64,000 nucleotides of DNA, taken from the NCBI GenBank assembly GCA_030295235.1, contig AP026140.1, positions 372,001 through 436,000 of the forward strand, read 5' to 3'. A program made the position numbers and the translations under genes. Every line of letters starts with the position of its first letter. Position 1 is the stretch's first letter. This document shows positions 1-12,394 of the stretch, one piece after another. The DNA is from Fistulifera solaris (taxonomy: Eukaryota). Below the pieces are notes generated by a model. It was given only the letters and a program-made list of their open reading frames with translations, was not told the origin of the DNA and did no database searches.

Positions 1-510
1 GTACTTAGGATTCGGTACTATACTTTGCGAAAAGACTTGATGTATCATATATCATATCTATTCGCGGAATTAGCATGCATACGTAGTACAAAAGAACAAG
101 GACATAATGACTATAAGAAGCTTATTTGCCGTCAGCTTCTTTCGAACTTACGAGATGATGGTCTGGATGATTACAGGTCATCTTGAGGTCCGTTCTCCGT
201 TCCCGTTTCCTTCTCGCGTCTCACTGACAAAACAACAAGCAACAAGCGCAAGACACAAGCGGTACTGGTATCGATTACGGTATCGGTACACTACGTGCGG
301 TCGGCGATCTCATTGTAATTTTTGTACCCAACACACGCCAACAACTCTCCCCGTCGCCCTTCTCGTCTCAACACAAATTTAATTTTGAAAGCTCTCTGTT
401 CGATCAACAGCATTCGGCGTTGGTCCTTGTCCCTCATCATTTGCTCATTCATTTTATTGGATGATTGTTTTTGAGCCGATCTCTAGTTTTCCCTTTCTAG
501 ATTGCAACAA

Positions 511-1966
511 ATGCCAAATGACAAAATCAAGCGTCGTCTGGACGAATCAGAAGCGGAAGAACGTAAGTTGACGAACACTTTTCTTTTACGTGATTCAGAC
601 AATCACTCATCAAAACAGCCGTCTCCTTGTAAATCCAGCCGCCGAGAAAAAACAGCAACTCGAGGCAACTCAGTCTTTGCGAGAGCTGGAAGAAAGGAAA
701 ATGGACGACCATCTCAACCGCAATAACGAGTCCATGAGTCAAGTTATGTCTGTTCAAGCCTTACTGAACCGAGGTATTGGCAACGCCGCCCTCGCGCAGA
801 TTAACTCTCAGAATCAGTTGACAACTGGCATCCGCTCGAATGCGGCACTGCACATACTTTCGCAAGAGAGGGCCAGGGCGGCATTGCAACACAATCTTTG
901 GGCCAGTGCACCGGATTTGATGTACCAGAATGTGATGAACGCAAGCGGTGCTAACCGAGCGGTTCCAGCAGAAATACCTCACCCCTCTGGCGTTTCGCCG
1001 ATTGTTTCTGACTACCTCTTGTCCGACTACAATCGAAGGATCGGCGCAGCAATCACCAATAACACGTCACGTGCCGTACCGCTTCCGGTTTTGCCACCCG
1101 CTGCGACTAGTGGGCTCTCGCAACTACAGCTAGAGCAGGTTCTCTCCAGAGCGAGTGCGCTGAATTATCAGCGAAATCTTGACCAAGCGCTCGCGATCAT
1201 CAGAGAAAATGAGACGGCCCGAAGAGTACGTCAGCTACAGCTTTCTCAAGGCACAACAGGGGCGCGGCCTAATCTTTATTCCGCAGTGATGTGGGACAAC
1301 GCCCAGAGACAGCAAAGTGCCCCGCAGAATCCAATCTGTGATCCAATTCAAACTGCACAACGGTCATTGAGTCTTCCAACTGACGCTTCTAGCTTGAATC
1401 CGACAGTAGAAGCCCTTCATCGAGCGCGCGCTGCTGCAAGTACTCTAGGAAACCGCCAAGGATTCGTCGGGCTTCCTCCATCGATTGCGGGAAATGTACG
1501 CAGCACTAGACGGCACGACTCGTCTGGAGTGTTATTGGCAACCGACGAAGATGAAAAGAATCTGTCGGAATATCAGACGTTGGTACGGAAGCAATTGGAG
1601 TTTTTCGAAGCCAGTGAGGAAGATGTCAGCTTGACAACCCAAGGTCGCAAGAAGGTTGTCTACATTGGCCAGGTAGGGATCCGGTGCGTACATTGTGCTC
1701 ACCGTCCTGCCAATTTACGTAGTCGAGGGTCGGTCTACTTTCCTTCAAAACTCAGCAGTGTTTATCAAGCCGCGCAGAACATGGCAGTGAGTCACTTGAT
1801 GGATGCATGCGACGAGATTGACGAAAGTACTCGCCAGCAGCTTTCATCGTTGCGGTCTCGAAAGGACACGGCAGCTGGGGGCAAAGCTTACTGGGCTTTA
1901 TCGTGTGCGAAAGTTGGCGTTTCTGAAACGGAAACAGGATTGAGATTGGGGAATCCTCTGCGCTAG
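511..1966 (+). CDS. Diatom-type hypothetical protein with a Gln/Ala-rich N-terminus and a conserved C-terminal Cys/His domain
   Basis: ATG at 511 and a GTAAGT...CCAG intron at 563-638 join in frame to the 590..1966 ORF (MPNDKIKRRLDESEAEEPAEKKQ). The C-terminus LSEYQTLVRKQLEFF...QVGIRCVHCA...SVYFP...YQAAQNM resembles an expanded uncharacterised diatom family. Confidence 0.8.
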
Positions 1967-2766
1967 GATTCACTCATCTTGATGCCTCTTCCGTTTTTTC
2001 GCCTAACTCGATTTCTCACAGCTGCAAATAGGTGAAAGAGACGAGAGCAATTGCAGAGAGAAGTAGTATATAAATTGCATTTTGATTTTGATCCTCTCTT
2101 TCATTTAGTAGAGCATATCCCATCCACTCGCCTCAACAAGGCTGCTCCTTCACCTACAAGATAAAACGAGGATCATAGTTTTTACGGAGTGCATCGATAA
2201 GACTTAAATATATTTTTCGGTGCAAGAAGTTGTGTTCTTCTCGTCTGCTGCCACACAAAATGGACGAGGTTGGATCTATTGACGTGACGTATGACGTTTT
2301 GGCTGACATCGCGCGAGAACGTTCTTTTTTTATTAAAAAAAATTTTTTTTTTTTTTTAATAAAAAAAATTGACAACCAAGATCCCGGTGTCTTACTGGGA
2401 ACGCTTGTTGGGCTCAATTGTACTTTTCGGCCTTACGACGTCGGTTTCACGCAGGTCTCATCTTTCTTTAAACGTGAAACGGCTTATACTGTTTTATGCT
2501 TAAAGGGCGGTACTCAATTAAATTACTATATTGTAAACAGTAGATGACTTTTTTTGAATGTACTGTTGAAGATAATGTGGAGTGTAGAGACTGCGGAGAC
2601 CGACGACTTGAATGAAAAAAATGAAAACGATAAAACGACAAAGATTACTCCGGAGTACTTCTTTGATGACAGCTTAAACACATCGAAGTGCTTGCTATTA
2701 AAGTCTTTATTAAAAGCAAGAGCAAAGGCATCGAAGAGGTACTTCTAGCGGTAAAATCTACAATTA

Positions 2767-3345
2767 TGGTGAAGGCAAATATCTCTCTTTTTTCTTTTTC
2801 TGGGGAGTGTGTCGACTCTGATGGCGCTTATTGTACCTTTAGCAACAACCACTCGCACTACCATAACAGCTCTGGCTGCCAGTAGTTTCTATGCTGATGA
2901 AAACACAAAGGATCATTTTCTGCTGGAGGAATTCCGGATCCACACTGGCGAGGTCATCAACCCCTACAAGGTCTTGAGAGTTTCACGAACGGCCGGCCCC
3001 GAAGATATTAAAAGATCGTACCGTGATCTCTCCAGACGGTACCATCCCGACGGATACCGTAATCGACGCAACAATGACATCCTTCCTGGCAAATGCAACA
3101 GCTTGGAGGACGTTCGTGATCACTGGGAACGCATCAAGTTATCGTACGAAATTTTGAGAGACCCCAAGCGACGAAAAAGGTATGATCGGCATGAAACATT
3201 GGCAGACCCTGGTGCAGCTTTGAAACGCGCGGCAGTGAACGCTGCTCTAGATGGTGTGAAAAGCGTTGGAGGGGGGATTTTTCTCTGTCGGAGCTTTTGC
3301 TTTCCAAAAGCTAGCAGAAGGCGCAAAACAAGCAAGCAAAGGTGA
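2767..3345 (+). CDS. DnaJ/Hsp40 J-domain protein, possibly organelle-targeted
   Basis: NPYKVLRVSRTA...IKRSYRDLSRRYHPD...SYEILRDPKRRKRYD contains the HPD motif. Both ends are uncertain because of homopolymer runs near 2790 and 3270. Confidence 0.8.
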
Positions 3346-3573
3346 CAAATGAAGAACAATCATGCCTTACTCATTTAACCGCGACTGCCTCCTTTATATT
3401 TATAAACCTGCAAGCCAAACCAACAGGAACGTATTCGCCCGCTACATCAACAAAACGATATCTGCTCAAGAGATCAACCTAGAAACTGTAACAGCTACAC
3501 AAATTAGAAAGGGTTTCTCTCAATGTCTTTATGTTATTTAACGACTTTGCGCAAAAGGGATACTGCTATGTTT

Positions 3574-4995
3574 TCAGCGAAGAGCACGCTTTCCGGCGGG
3601 CTCCTTCAACTGTTTCTTCATCAAAGCTAGCTTTTGATCCTGAGCCACGCGAGCATGAAGCTCTTCCAGCTTATTCGAAGGATCGACGTAATGATGCGTT
3701 CCGACGACCGAGCCTCCTTGGTTGCAGTTGGCTCCATTTTCCAAGCACGGGAAGTTATGGACCGTGAAACTTCCAGGTGTGGCCCAAGCAACTTCTCCTT
3801 CGATTCCAAGCAAGTTTTTACCAACTTCCAAACGCATGTAACCCATTTCGCCCCAGTACTAAGTAAAGGATAAATTAGAGACTCAAAAGCTGCACCCATA
3901 CATCAAAGTGCATAGCATGCTTACCTGACCCCACGAATTGCGAATCAACCATGCTTGCTTGCCGGTTTCTTCGTCCATTTCCCAACCAACAATTGAGACG
4001 ATGTGATTCGACTCTTGAGGATAGCTATCATCCGTAAAGATACCTCCCTGGTAGCCCACAATAGGCTCGGCGTTGATGGTGGCGGCCACCGGTCTGCACA
4101 CAGTATCACGTTAGTCATAAGTCGTTATGGATCGAAAATCGCAACAGTCACGTACCCTCGCACATAGATTTCCGTCATAATGTTCGTCACAACATTGTCA
4201 TCAAACTCAATCATGCCGAATTCGGCCACGGTCGCGTTCGGAAAGTAATCAATCTCGGTGCAGGCACCTCCCATTCCTCCAAACGTGTCGCAGGTACGAC
4301 AGATATTGTTGGAGGAGCACGTGGTGTCGACGAGGGGCAGAATCCTTCCGTAGACTCATCACTGCAAGCCAAATACGACATGCAAGTGTCATACGGTACA
4401 TAGCCGCGCTCTTGAATGAATTCATAGGTACTTGTATGATATCCACCATGACATGATCCAGCCGTCTCGGTTCCGCAATTCAAAATAAACTGAATTGACA
4501 GATTAATATCGTCCCCCTTGCCCAAGCGCGCAATTTTGATGCGGTCCGCGAGACTGGAAAGCGCCCCATGAGCCCAGCAACTTCCGCAATACTGCGGAAT
4601 GTGCTGATTGAGCGAGTGCGTCAAGTACGATACGCCATTGACATCGCCCCACGAGAATGAATCGGGCAAGTGACTCGATGCGAGGTACGTGTGCGGCAAG
4701 GGACTCTTGAAATTGTTGAGCACAGCGTCGGGGCGGATCTGATTTTCACCAAAAAAAATAAAGAGGGAGAGATAGAGGGAAAGAGGGATCCATGGATTGA
4801 AGAAGAGAGGGAGCGGAAGAAAGAATACGTTAGGATTACTGCAGGATGGACGGGATTGACTGTGACAACAACAGAACATGTATCTTTACACCGCCGCTCG
4901 CGACAAAGCCCACGCACCTTGATCTCACTGAGATAATCACCGTTCGCCTGACTCAAGAAGACGATTACAGAGCTCAAAGCAAGTCCAAACTTCAT
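3574..4995 (-). CDS. CTSZ: Cathepsin Z/X cysteine carboxypeptidase (papain C1A), copy 1, multi-exon
   Basis: Signal peptide MKFGLALSSVIVFLSQANG and intron 4739-4917. NQHIPQYCGSCWAHG carries the cathepsin X HIP insertion. NHIVSIVGW and RNSWG supply the catalytic His and Asn. Further introns near 4095-4155 and 3860-3925, and an indel near 4333. Confidence 0.9.
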
Positions 4996-5431
4996 GATTA
5001 TTCTTATGCAAGTTACAGGTTTAATGACAAGGTATCGTAACAATGAGCATGGCGGCGGCAAAAGAAAAAAAAGAACACGCGATGATGTCGAGAAGGAAGA
5101 AGCCACTATAGCTCTTGAGTGTAGGCGTGACTTCGTGCGTTGAGGCATTTCTGGCAAATAGGATCAGGGTTAAAGTTACCAGTGAATTACGCACGACGGA
5201 AAAGAAGGAGGCCAGCAACACGACACGAATGACCATCGACTTTTCTGTAAGCCTAGATAGTTGCTAGTCTAGAGCAAGAGGAACTCTTGAGTCTATAGTA
5301 CTGTATGAGAATTCTCATCGCGAGACGAAAGAACATCATCGCAAACGCGAAATTCGTTTCTCCGTCTTGTTAATTCCGTTTCGCTGCTTGACTTTGTCGA
5401 TCTAGACTTTGTGAGTCGATCTGTCGCAGCT

Positions 5432-6310
5432 ATGATTCCCCGTGCCATTCATCATCGGAGAAAACGAAAAGCCCCTGTAGTTCCCCGACAATTCGATGAT
5501 GATTTCTCGGAGCATCGATCTCCCTATAGTCATACTCATCCGCGCAGCCGCTCCTTTGATCTAGACCGTCGCGACAGTGAAGCATCGTCCGCAAATGATT
5601 TCTTTTTCGCGTCACTCGAAGAAGAATCGGTGACGAATGAATCATTAGCACCAGTGCGGCGTTCCTTGCATGGTTCTCTGCTATCCACGGGAGAAGCAGA
5701 GCAATGCCTGCTGGAGCTGAATGCGGTCTTTGGTCCGACTAAAACAGATGAGACTTCATCTCGTACACAGCAATTCACAAACTCGGTTCCTGAGAAAGAT
5801 TTTGACTTTGAGAATGCAAGTTTATCTCGGCGAACGATGAGTGATCTCGGAATGACTCGCCCTCTTAAGTCATCGTTGAAGAGCTCTTCTTCACTGAAAT
5901 CATTTCCGAGCCCAACGATGAAGCCGACCGTGAGTTTCAGCAAGTTAGATATTCGTGAATACGGTATTGCCTTATCCGATCATCCCAGTTGTTCTTGTGG
6001 TCCGCCCATTCAATTGGGATGGAATTACAGTGAAACGAAGGATTTAAAACTCGAAGAATACGAAACGATTCGTTCCTCGTTGCGTTCCGAAAAGAGGGAA
6101 GATATGCTCTTGTCGTACGACACAAGAGACTATCTTTTGCGCGAAGTCGCGGGATGTTCCAAGGACGAAATTGAACGCTCGATACAAGAAGTGGAGCGGG
6201 TGAAGCGAAATCGACTCATCACGGATATCTGGATGCCGGCGAATCTTCTCTCCGAAAAGATAACAGATGTCGTTCATCACATGTCACACATCTTTAGTGC
6301 CCATCGATAG
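5432..6310 (+). CDS. Diatom-type hypothetical protein (VSF..IREY...DHPS..GPPIQLGW family)
   Basis: Intact ~292-aa ORF with a Ser-rich N-terminus and the conserved-looking block KPTVSFSKLDIREYGIALSDHPSCSCGPPIQLGW. Confidence 0.7.
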   Translation: MIPRAIHHRRKRKAPVVPRQFDDDFSEHRSPYSHTHPRSRSFDLDRRDSEASSANDFFFASLEEESVTNESLAPVRRSLHGSLLSTGEAEQCLLELNAVFGPTKTDETSSRTQQFTNSVPEKDFDFENASLSRRTMSDLGMTRPLKSSLKSSSSLKSFPSPTMKPTVSFSKLDIREYGIALSDHPSCSCGPPIQLGWNYSETKDLKLEEYETIRSSLRSEKREDMLLSYDTRDYLLREVAGCSKDEIERSIQEVERVKRNRLITDIWMPANLLSEKITDVVHHMSHIFSAHR

Positions 6311-6388
6311 CATGGAATGTATGAATAGTAAAAGCAAATGTATTTGTACATAACGTTCTTTGTTACAACTTGTAAGTTGATCATTCGC

Positions 6389-7902
6389 TTAACCGTGGCG
6401 AAGACGACGACCGATCTGAACGAAAGGGTCCTCGTAAGTTTGCCACTCCATATGACCGGCATCGCAATCGCTGCCATCCACATGACAGGGATAGTTCTTG
6501 GTTGTGAATGTTCCCGGAGTGGCCCATGACACCTCCAGCTCGATTCCAAGTGCATTGTGGCCCATAAGAATACTGAATAGCGATGAAGATGTGTGCATTG
6601 ACTTGTAAGAGGACTTCGCGCTTACACAGTGACAACAGAACGATATCTAAAGACGAACTTACTTGAAATAACCCATGTTGCCCCAATAAGCTCCCCAGCT
6701 ATTTCTAACAATCCAATATTGATCTGTTTACAAGCAAACGACAATTACGTCGAAAATGAGAAGCCGCGAAAGGAAAAGATCTTATCCGTGTGAAGCTAAT
6801 TCGCACGTACCACCTGTTTCGGGATCCATTCCCCATCCTACGATGGACACAATGTGATTCACCAACATTTTGAAGATGCTTGTTTCTCGAATAATTTCGC
6901 CGTTCCCTTTGTAGTTGACCAATGGCTCTGAAAATATATTCCCGATTAGATGTTGTGAGACGCGGTCGATGACGGAAAGCGGATTAACCTGATAGCTACA
7001 TACCTGCATTGACACCAGCAGCAACGGGACTTCAATCCGCATACGTGTGAGTTGCAAATGAAAAGCGAAAGCTAGAAGCAGACGAACCGACTTACCCCCG
7101 TGCATAAATCTCTGCCTTGATTTTGTTCGCCACCGCTCCAAATCCATCCGTCACATACGAGTACGTTCCATATTCTGCTATTGTAGCGTTCGGAAAACGC
7201 TCCAAGGCACGACAGCCCTTTCTCGTACAAGTACGACACGTATTCATGGGCGTGCACGTGGTGTCAACGCTTTTGCAAAATCCTTCTCGCGACTCACTGC
7301 TGCACGCCAAATAAGGCATGCAGGTATCGTATGGAACGAATCCTTGTCGCTGAATGAATTCGTAAACTCCCGTAGCAGAACCTCCATGACACGATCCAGC
7401 GACACTTCCTCCACAATTGAGAATGTACTGCACCGACAGATTGATTTGATCACCACCGGTCCCATTGCGAGCAATATTGATGCGATCCGCCAAAGAAGAC
7501 AAGGCCCCGTGTGCCCAGCAACTTCCACAATATTGAGGAATGTGCTGATTGAGTGAATGCGTCAAATACGATACGCCGTGGACGTCGCCCCAGTGAAACG
7601 CGTCGGGAAGATCGTTCGGATCAATGTAAGTATACGGCAAGGGGGGATTTGTAGGCCTCGCGTTTCGTGTGACCTTCAAGGATCTGTCGGCAAGAAAATT
7701 AGAGTTTAAGATCGCAACTGATTAAGTTCAAAAAGATCTCAAAATAAAATCTCAAGGTAATCTTTCTTCCGTCAAACACAGCTTGAACGGGTCGTACCTG
7801 AAATTCATTCCGAAACGACTGTGCCGGGGCAACTTCCGTTTCCTGTCCCTGTATAACAGTCGAGAGAACGATACTAAGGAAGAGAAGCGATTGCAGTGGC
7901 AT
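6389..7902 (-). CDS. CTSZ: Cathepsin Z/X, copy 2, multi-exon
   Basis: Signal peptide MPLQSLLFLSIVLSTVIQG. Contains SYLTHSLNQHIPQYCGSCWAHGALSSLADRI, NHIVSIVGWG, and a C-terminal GIELEVSWATPGTFT..NYPC...C homologous to copy 1. Several short GT-AG introns. Confidence 0.9.
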
Positions 7903-8174
7903 ACTTGATAAGCAGAAAACGAAGAAGTATATTATTTGTGAAGAAGAAAAGAAGAAGAAGAATGTCAATTATACGCCGCTCTGCGGTGTCGCGTCGCGTC
8001 GCAGAACAAAAAAGTGTCCGTCGCGACTGAACTTCAAACTGAGTCGCGCTAGCTACATTAAACGTCCGAGCGGACGACGGACAGACAACCAATCATTTTC
8101 TGTTTGCTTTATAGTTTTGTGTCTCATTGTATCATTCTTTTCCTTTGTATAAATACTGACAAACGCACTTCGCC

Positions 8175-9387
8175 ATGGCACCACCAACACAAGCAGGGCG
8201 TTTCAAGCCTCGAAAACCGGCCAAGCGGGCAGCTCCTACCGCTATAGCGACGCCGATTGCGATTCCGAGCGCCGCCGCCGCCGCCGCCGCCGCAGTGGCT
8301 GCACTGCAAGCGACCGCCTCGACCGACCGAGGCGGAGGACGCGGGGCAGGAAGAGGCGGTCGGGGACGGGGTGGTCGAGGTGCTCCTGTCATACCGCAAG
8401 GTCAAGTCTTTTTACGGGAACCGACAAACCAGCGGCGTCTTCGACACGAACATCGGCCACGGCGGTAGCAGCAGCATCTTCGAAACGAAAAGGAAAAGCT
8501 GCGGGGATGATTGTTTCGTCAACGACGGGAGGAGCGAAAGAAGTCAAATCTGTAGCATTAGAAGTGCAAGAAGAAGTTCTGAACATTGATGATGAAGGGA
8601 TAGATGCACTCCCGGATCCAGCGCCGCGTTCTTCAAAATTGAGTTCCGCATCGACTCGACAATCGAATACAAGCAACAATCATGAATCATCAAATGAGTC
8701 ACAGCGAGCAGGCGGGGTTGCTAGTCATGACGCTCCTTCAGATGTACTGGCGTACTATTATGATTCGGACTCTGACGAGGACGACGAACCGATGCCAGAT
8801 TATCGAAACGATTCACAACTCCAACCCTTTTTAATTGACTCGGCAAGATCGGACCAGATCACTTCCAATCAAGCACCGCATATGTCTACATCGGATGAAA
8901 ATGCTCACGTTCAAAAAGTTTCGCCATTGCTGGTTCAGTCCGAAGCGGACGCCACCGGCCATCCGCTTATCAACGACAACTCTTTTTCCTTGTTCAATTA
9001 CCGACACGATTGCCACCAATCATCTCGGCGACACGACCAGACGAGGTCCCGAAAGCACCCATTAGTGGGATGGATATCGGTGATGAAGACCCGGTGCCGG
9101 TTTCCACGCCAGCGGTGGAAGTCGGTTCGTTCGACAATCAGTTGACTGATGCCCAACCCGGACGCATGGGCAAAATACGAGTTTACCAGAGCGGACGGAC
9201 GGTGTTTGTGTGGGAGAGTACGCCCGGGCAGGCGGTGGTGGAAATGAATGTTACAGAGGGATTGAATTGCAGTTTTCGTCAGCAAGCTGCTCTCATTGAC
9301 TTGGCCCGCAAAGAACTCACTCCGTTGGGGAATGTGCGAAAGACGATCGTAGTATCTCCCGAATTGGGCGACGGATATCTTGCTTAG
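8175..9387 (+). CDS. RPC4: RNA polymerase III subunit RPC4 (POLR3D)-like
   Basis: N-terminal RFKPRKP with an RGG-rich segment. C-terminal LFQLP...GRMGKIRVYQSGR...NVTEGLNCSFRQQA...LGNVRKTIVVSP matches the RPC4 domain. Split over three ORFs by indels near 8410 and 8985. Confidence 0.8.
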
Positions 9388-9485
9388 AAACGGTTTCTTG
9401 TAGCTATTTCTATATGAATAGTGTTATGAATTATGAATAGTAAGATTAAGACTACCATAACCCTCAATAAGGGGCACAAGGCCGT

Positions 9486-11209
9486 CTAGCGTTTCGCGAA
9501 CTTAATCTGCAACGGAGTGGAACGGTTTTGTAAAACTCGCTTCCGTCTCGCGAAACCTGTGGGTGCTATCGAGGTTCGCAGAGGAGGAGCAGAGATCGAT
9601 GAAGGCGCTACTTGACTCGCAGCATTGGACTCGTGAAGTTCCACCCCGAGTCGTTTGGCAGACTGCAGTATGTGGGCTAGCTCTTGTCTGACTTCTAAGC
9701 AGCTTTGCATTACAGCACTGCGACATGCTTGTTCCGCCTCTGTCATCTGGACGAGTGATATTGTATGCTGATCATCGTCATTTCTCGTTTTTCCAGCATT
9801 CTTTGCTTTCAAGCTGTCCGCGATTGCTAGAGCTTGGGACCAGGCAGAAAGACGTGGCATGTATCTTACGGAAAGAAGTCGAATTACTCGATCCAGTGCC
9901 TCCTTGGTTTCGGCGTGCTGTGGTCTAGATTCGGCGTCTGCGCCGTTCTTCTCCTCATCTCTCGAAAAAATAGAAACTTCCAATCGCCCTTCATGCATAC
10001 CGCCTGTATTTTTCATGATTTCGAGCGTCCTTTCTACGGCATCCGCGTGAGCGATTCCGTCGTGTACGGCGCTGTTGATCTCCGCCCCAGAGTCGTCAAA
10101 ACCGTCTTCCCAGTCAATGTCGCCATCCTCTTCCTCGACGTCTTCTGTCTTCGCACTTGGCTCTGCCGAAACACTGCCATCAACTCGAGGCACCAGGACG
10201 TCAAAACATTTTTGGCTTTCCGAATGAGTTTCTGAACTTTTCTATTCATTTCATCCCATCGCTCCATCGCTGTATCCCTCAGAAGGCGCGAGGTTGTCAT
10301 ACTTTTCGCCTGTATTGACTTTCTTTCTACCCTATCGTCCAAATCTCCTAAGCTAAGCACATCTACAGGGCACTTTTGGTGAAATCGTTGAATAGCCGAT
10401 ATCAAAGTAGGATAGAGATTTCCGTAACCTTTGCGTTCCAAATGTTGCAAAACATCCAAAGCCTCCAGTTGCCACACCCCGTGAGAACAATCCGATTCCT
10501 CGTTTCCCGCTGGCGCTGCGAGTACATGATCCATCCATACAATTACGGATGTTCTCTCGCGACGTCGCGACGGGACACCATCTTCCTCGTCGGTCTGCAA
10601 CCACCACGACCGACACTCCGCACTCTTTTCCAGTAACATTCCCGCCAGATGCTGCGTAGCCCGACGCACGCTATATCGTGAGTGATCCAATCCAATAGTC
10701 CACAGGTGCTGCAACGCCGACACAGGGACGGAATAAGCAGCACTACGACCTTCCTCCGACGCTTCGCGCGTTTGACGACTCTTATTGTCTTTGACACACC
10801 GGTGTATCGCATTCAGCCAAGCCTGAGCGCCATCTTGGTATTTTTGTTGTATTTCGTTTTTCGTTCTTTGCTGTTCTTCTGTGGTAGATACATTGTTTCG
10901 TGTTGCGTTTTCGACTCGTTGCATGATATTTTTTAACAAAGAACCATCCTCAGTTTCCTCATGTGCTGAAACAGCTTGCCTTTCCTGGCGGTCATCATCT
11001 CTCCGATACAGCGGTTTCGATGCATAGGCGCCGCTTTTTCCGAACAATTTCGCCGTGACTTTCACTGCGTGTACATGGAGCGGAATGACTTCCACCGGCA
11101 ATCCTGGAATGTCGGGTAAATCGACGCCATATTGTCGAAGCTTCTCTAAGCGCTGCAGTTTCTTGTCGTCCCTCTTGATCTTATTCTCTTCCTTTCTCGT
11201 CGATGACAT
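9486..11209 (-). CDS. UVSSA-like protein (VHS-type N-terminal region)
   Basis: ORFs 10034..11209 and 9486..10193 join across a homopolymer near 10210 (...KAK-CFDVLVPRV). Colinear UVSSA-like blocks: SVRRATQHLAGMLLEKSAECR, GYGNLYPTL, CFDVLVP and IRLLSVRYMPRLSAW. Confidence 0.55.
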
Positions 11210-11636
11210 TGTTTACAAGGTAAGGTCTAGCCATTAGCAGCTACAGCTTTCATATTTCAACACAAAATAAAAAAAAGAGCATCAAATAATTCAATGTTGC
11301 ACGACTGATTATGCAGTCATGAGCGGAAAAAAGGCGTTAAATAAGTTTTAGGGTTTCATGCTTTCGGGATGACGTGGATTTTGACGGTTGACGCCCCGTC
11401 CAATCGTGACACGTCATCCGAGAGAAAACTACGCAAAGCGTCCGCACACACGCAAATGTCACGATTGCGCGAGCACATCAGCAGTATACAGGTACCGTAC
11501 CAGGTATCAGCAGCGCCATTACACTTCAAATCTTTGTTTTATTCTCATTCTTTTCAATCACAAAACACAACACGCATCAAACCTTTTCGGCTGCATTTAC
11601 TGATTGACACGACTGAACGAAACATAAACAACACAG

Positions 11637-12191
11637 ATGATGATGACAAACCGTGCCGCACTCTTTTCTTTCGTAGCTTCCATGCTGCTTGCTAGCTCTT
11701 CTGCATTTGCGCCGCGTCCATTGATGGTGACTCGTACGCGATTGGCACTGGCTGACCCGTCGCAAACCATGGAAAGTTCGAACAACAATTCGCAAAGCGC
11801 TCCTTCTGTAACCTCTTCTCTGGGAGGTGAATACATGCAACGCACCGCCATCGAAACCCCACCACCCGCCGAGGACAAGAATCCGGCGAATATGATGCAA
11901 CAAATCAAGGATGCCGGAAAGGCCGGTATCATTTCCTATGCCTTATGGGAATTGGGCTTCTGGTTCATTAGTATTCCCTTCTGTCTCTTTGCTTATCAGC
12001 AAGCGACGGGTCACTGGCCGGATCTTTCGAATCCGGAAGACACGGCCAAGTTGGGGGCCGAAGCTTTTGCTTTTGTTAACTTTGCCCGCTTTGCGGTTCC
12101 TCTCCGCATTGGCTTGGCTTTGAGTACAACGCCTTGGATTCAAAAGAACGTGGTAGATAAATTTGGCAAAGAGGAAAAGACTGGGGCTTGA
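11637..12191 (+). CDS. Plastid-targeted small membrane protein, DUF1279/FAM210-like
   Basis: Signal peptide ending ASSSA-FAP (diatom bipartite ASAFAP-type presequence). Core GKAGIISYALWELGFW...FAVPLRIGLALSTTPWI. Confidence 0.7.
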   Translation: MMMTNRAALFSFVASMLLASSSAFAPRPLMVTRTRLALADPSQTMESSNNNSQSAPSVTSSLGGEYMQRTAIETPPPAEDKNPANMMQQIKDAGKAGIISYALWELGFWFISIPFCLFAYQQATGHWPDLSNPEDTAKLGAEAFAFVNFARFAVPLRIGLALSTTPWIQKNVVDKFGKEEKTGA

Positions 12192-12394
12192 AGGCGTTAG
12201 TTGCAATGCTTCTTTATGACGACGCACACACGAAATACAAACAATTGTACTACTGACACAAATAACTACTAATTAGAGAATGATTACATGTAGAGACATG
12301 TATTATTGCTTTCGTCAAGCTTGTAACATCGAGCGAGAAACCCTCAAAGAAGAGTTACGTACTTTCTCGTGACCCCCCGTTGAAGAGCGTCGCG

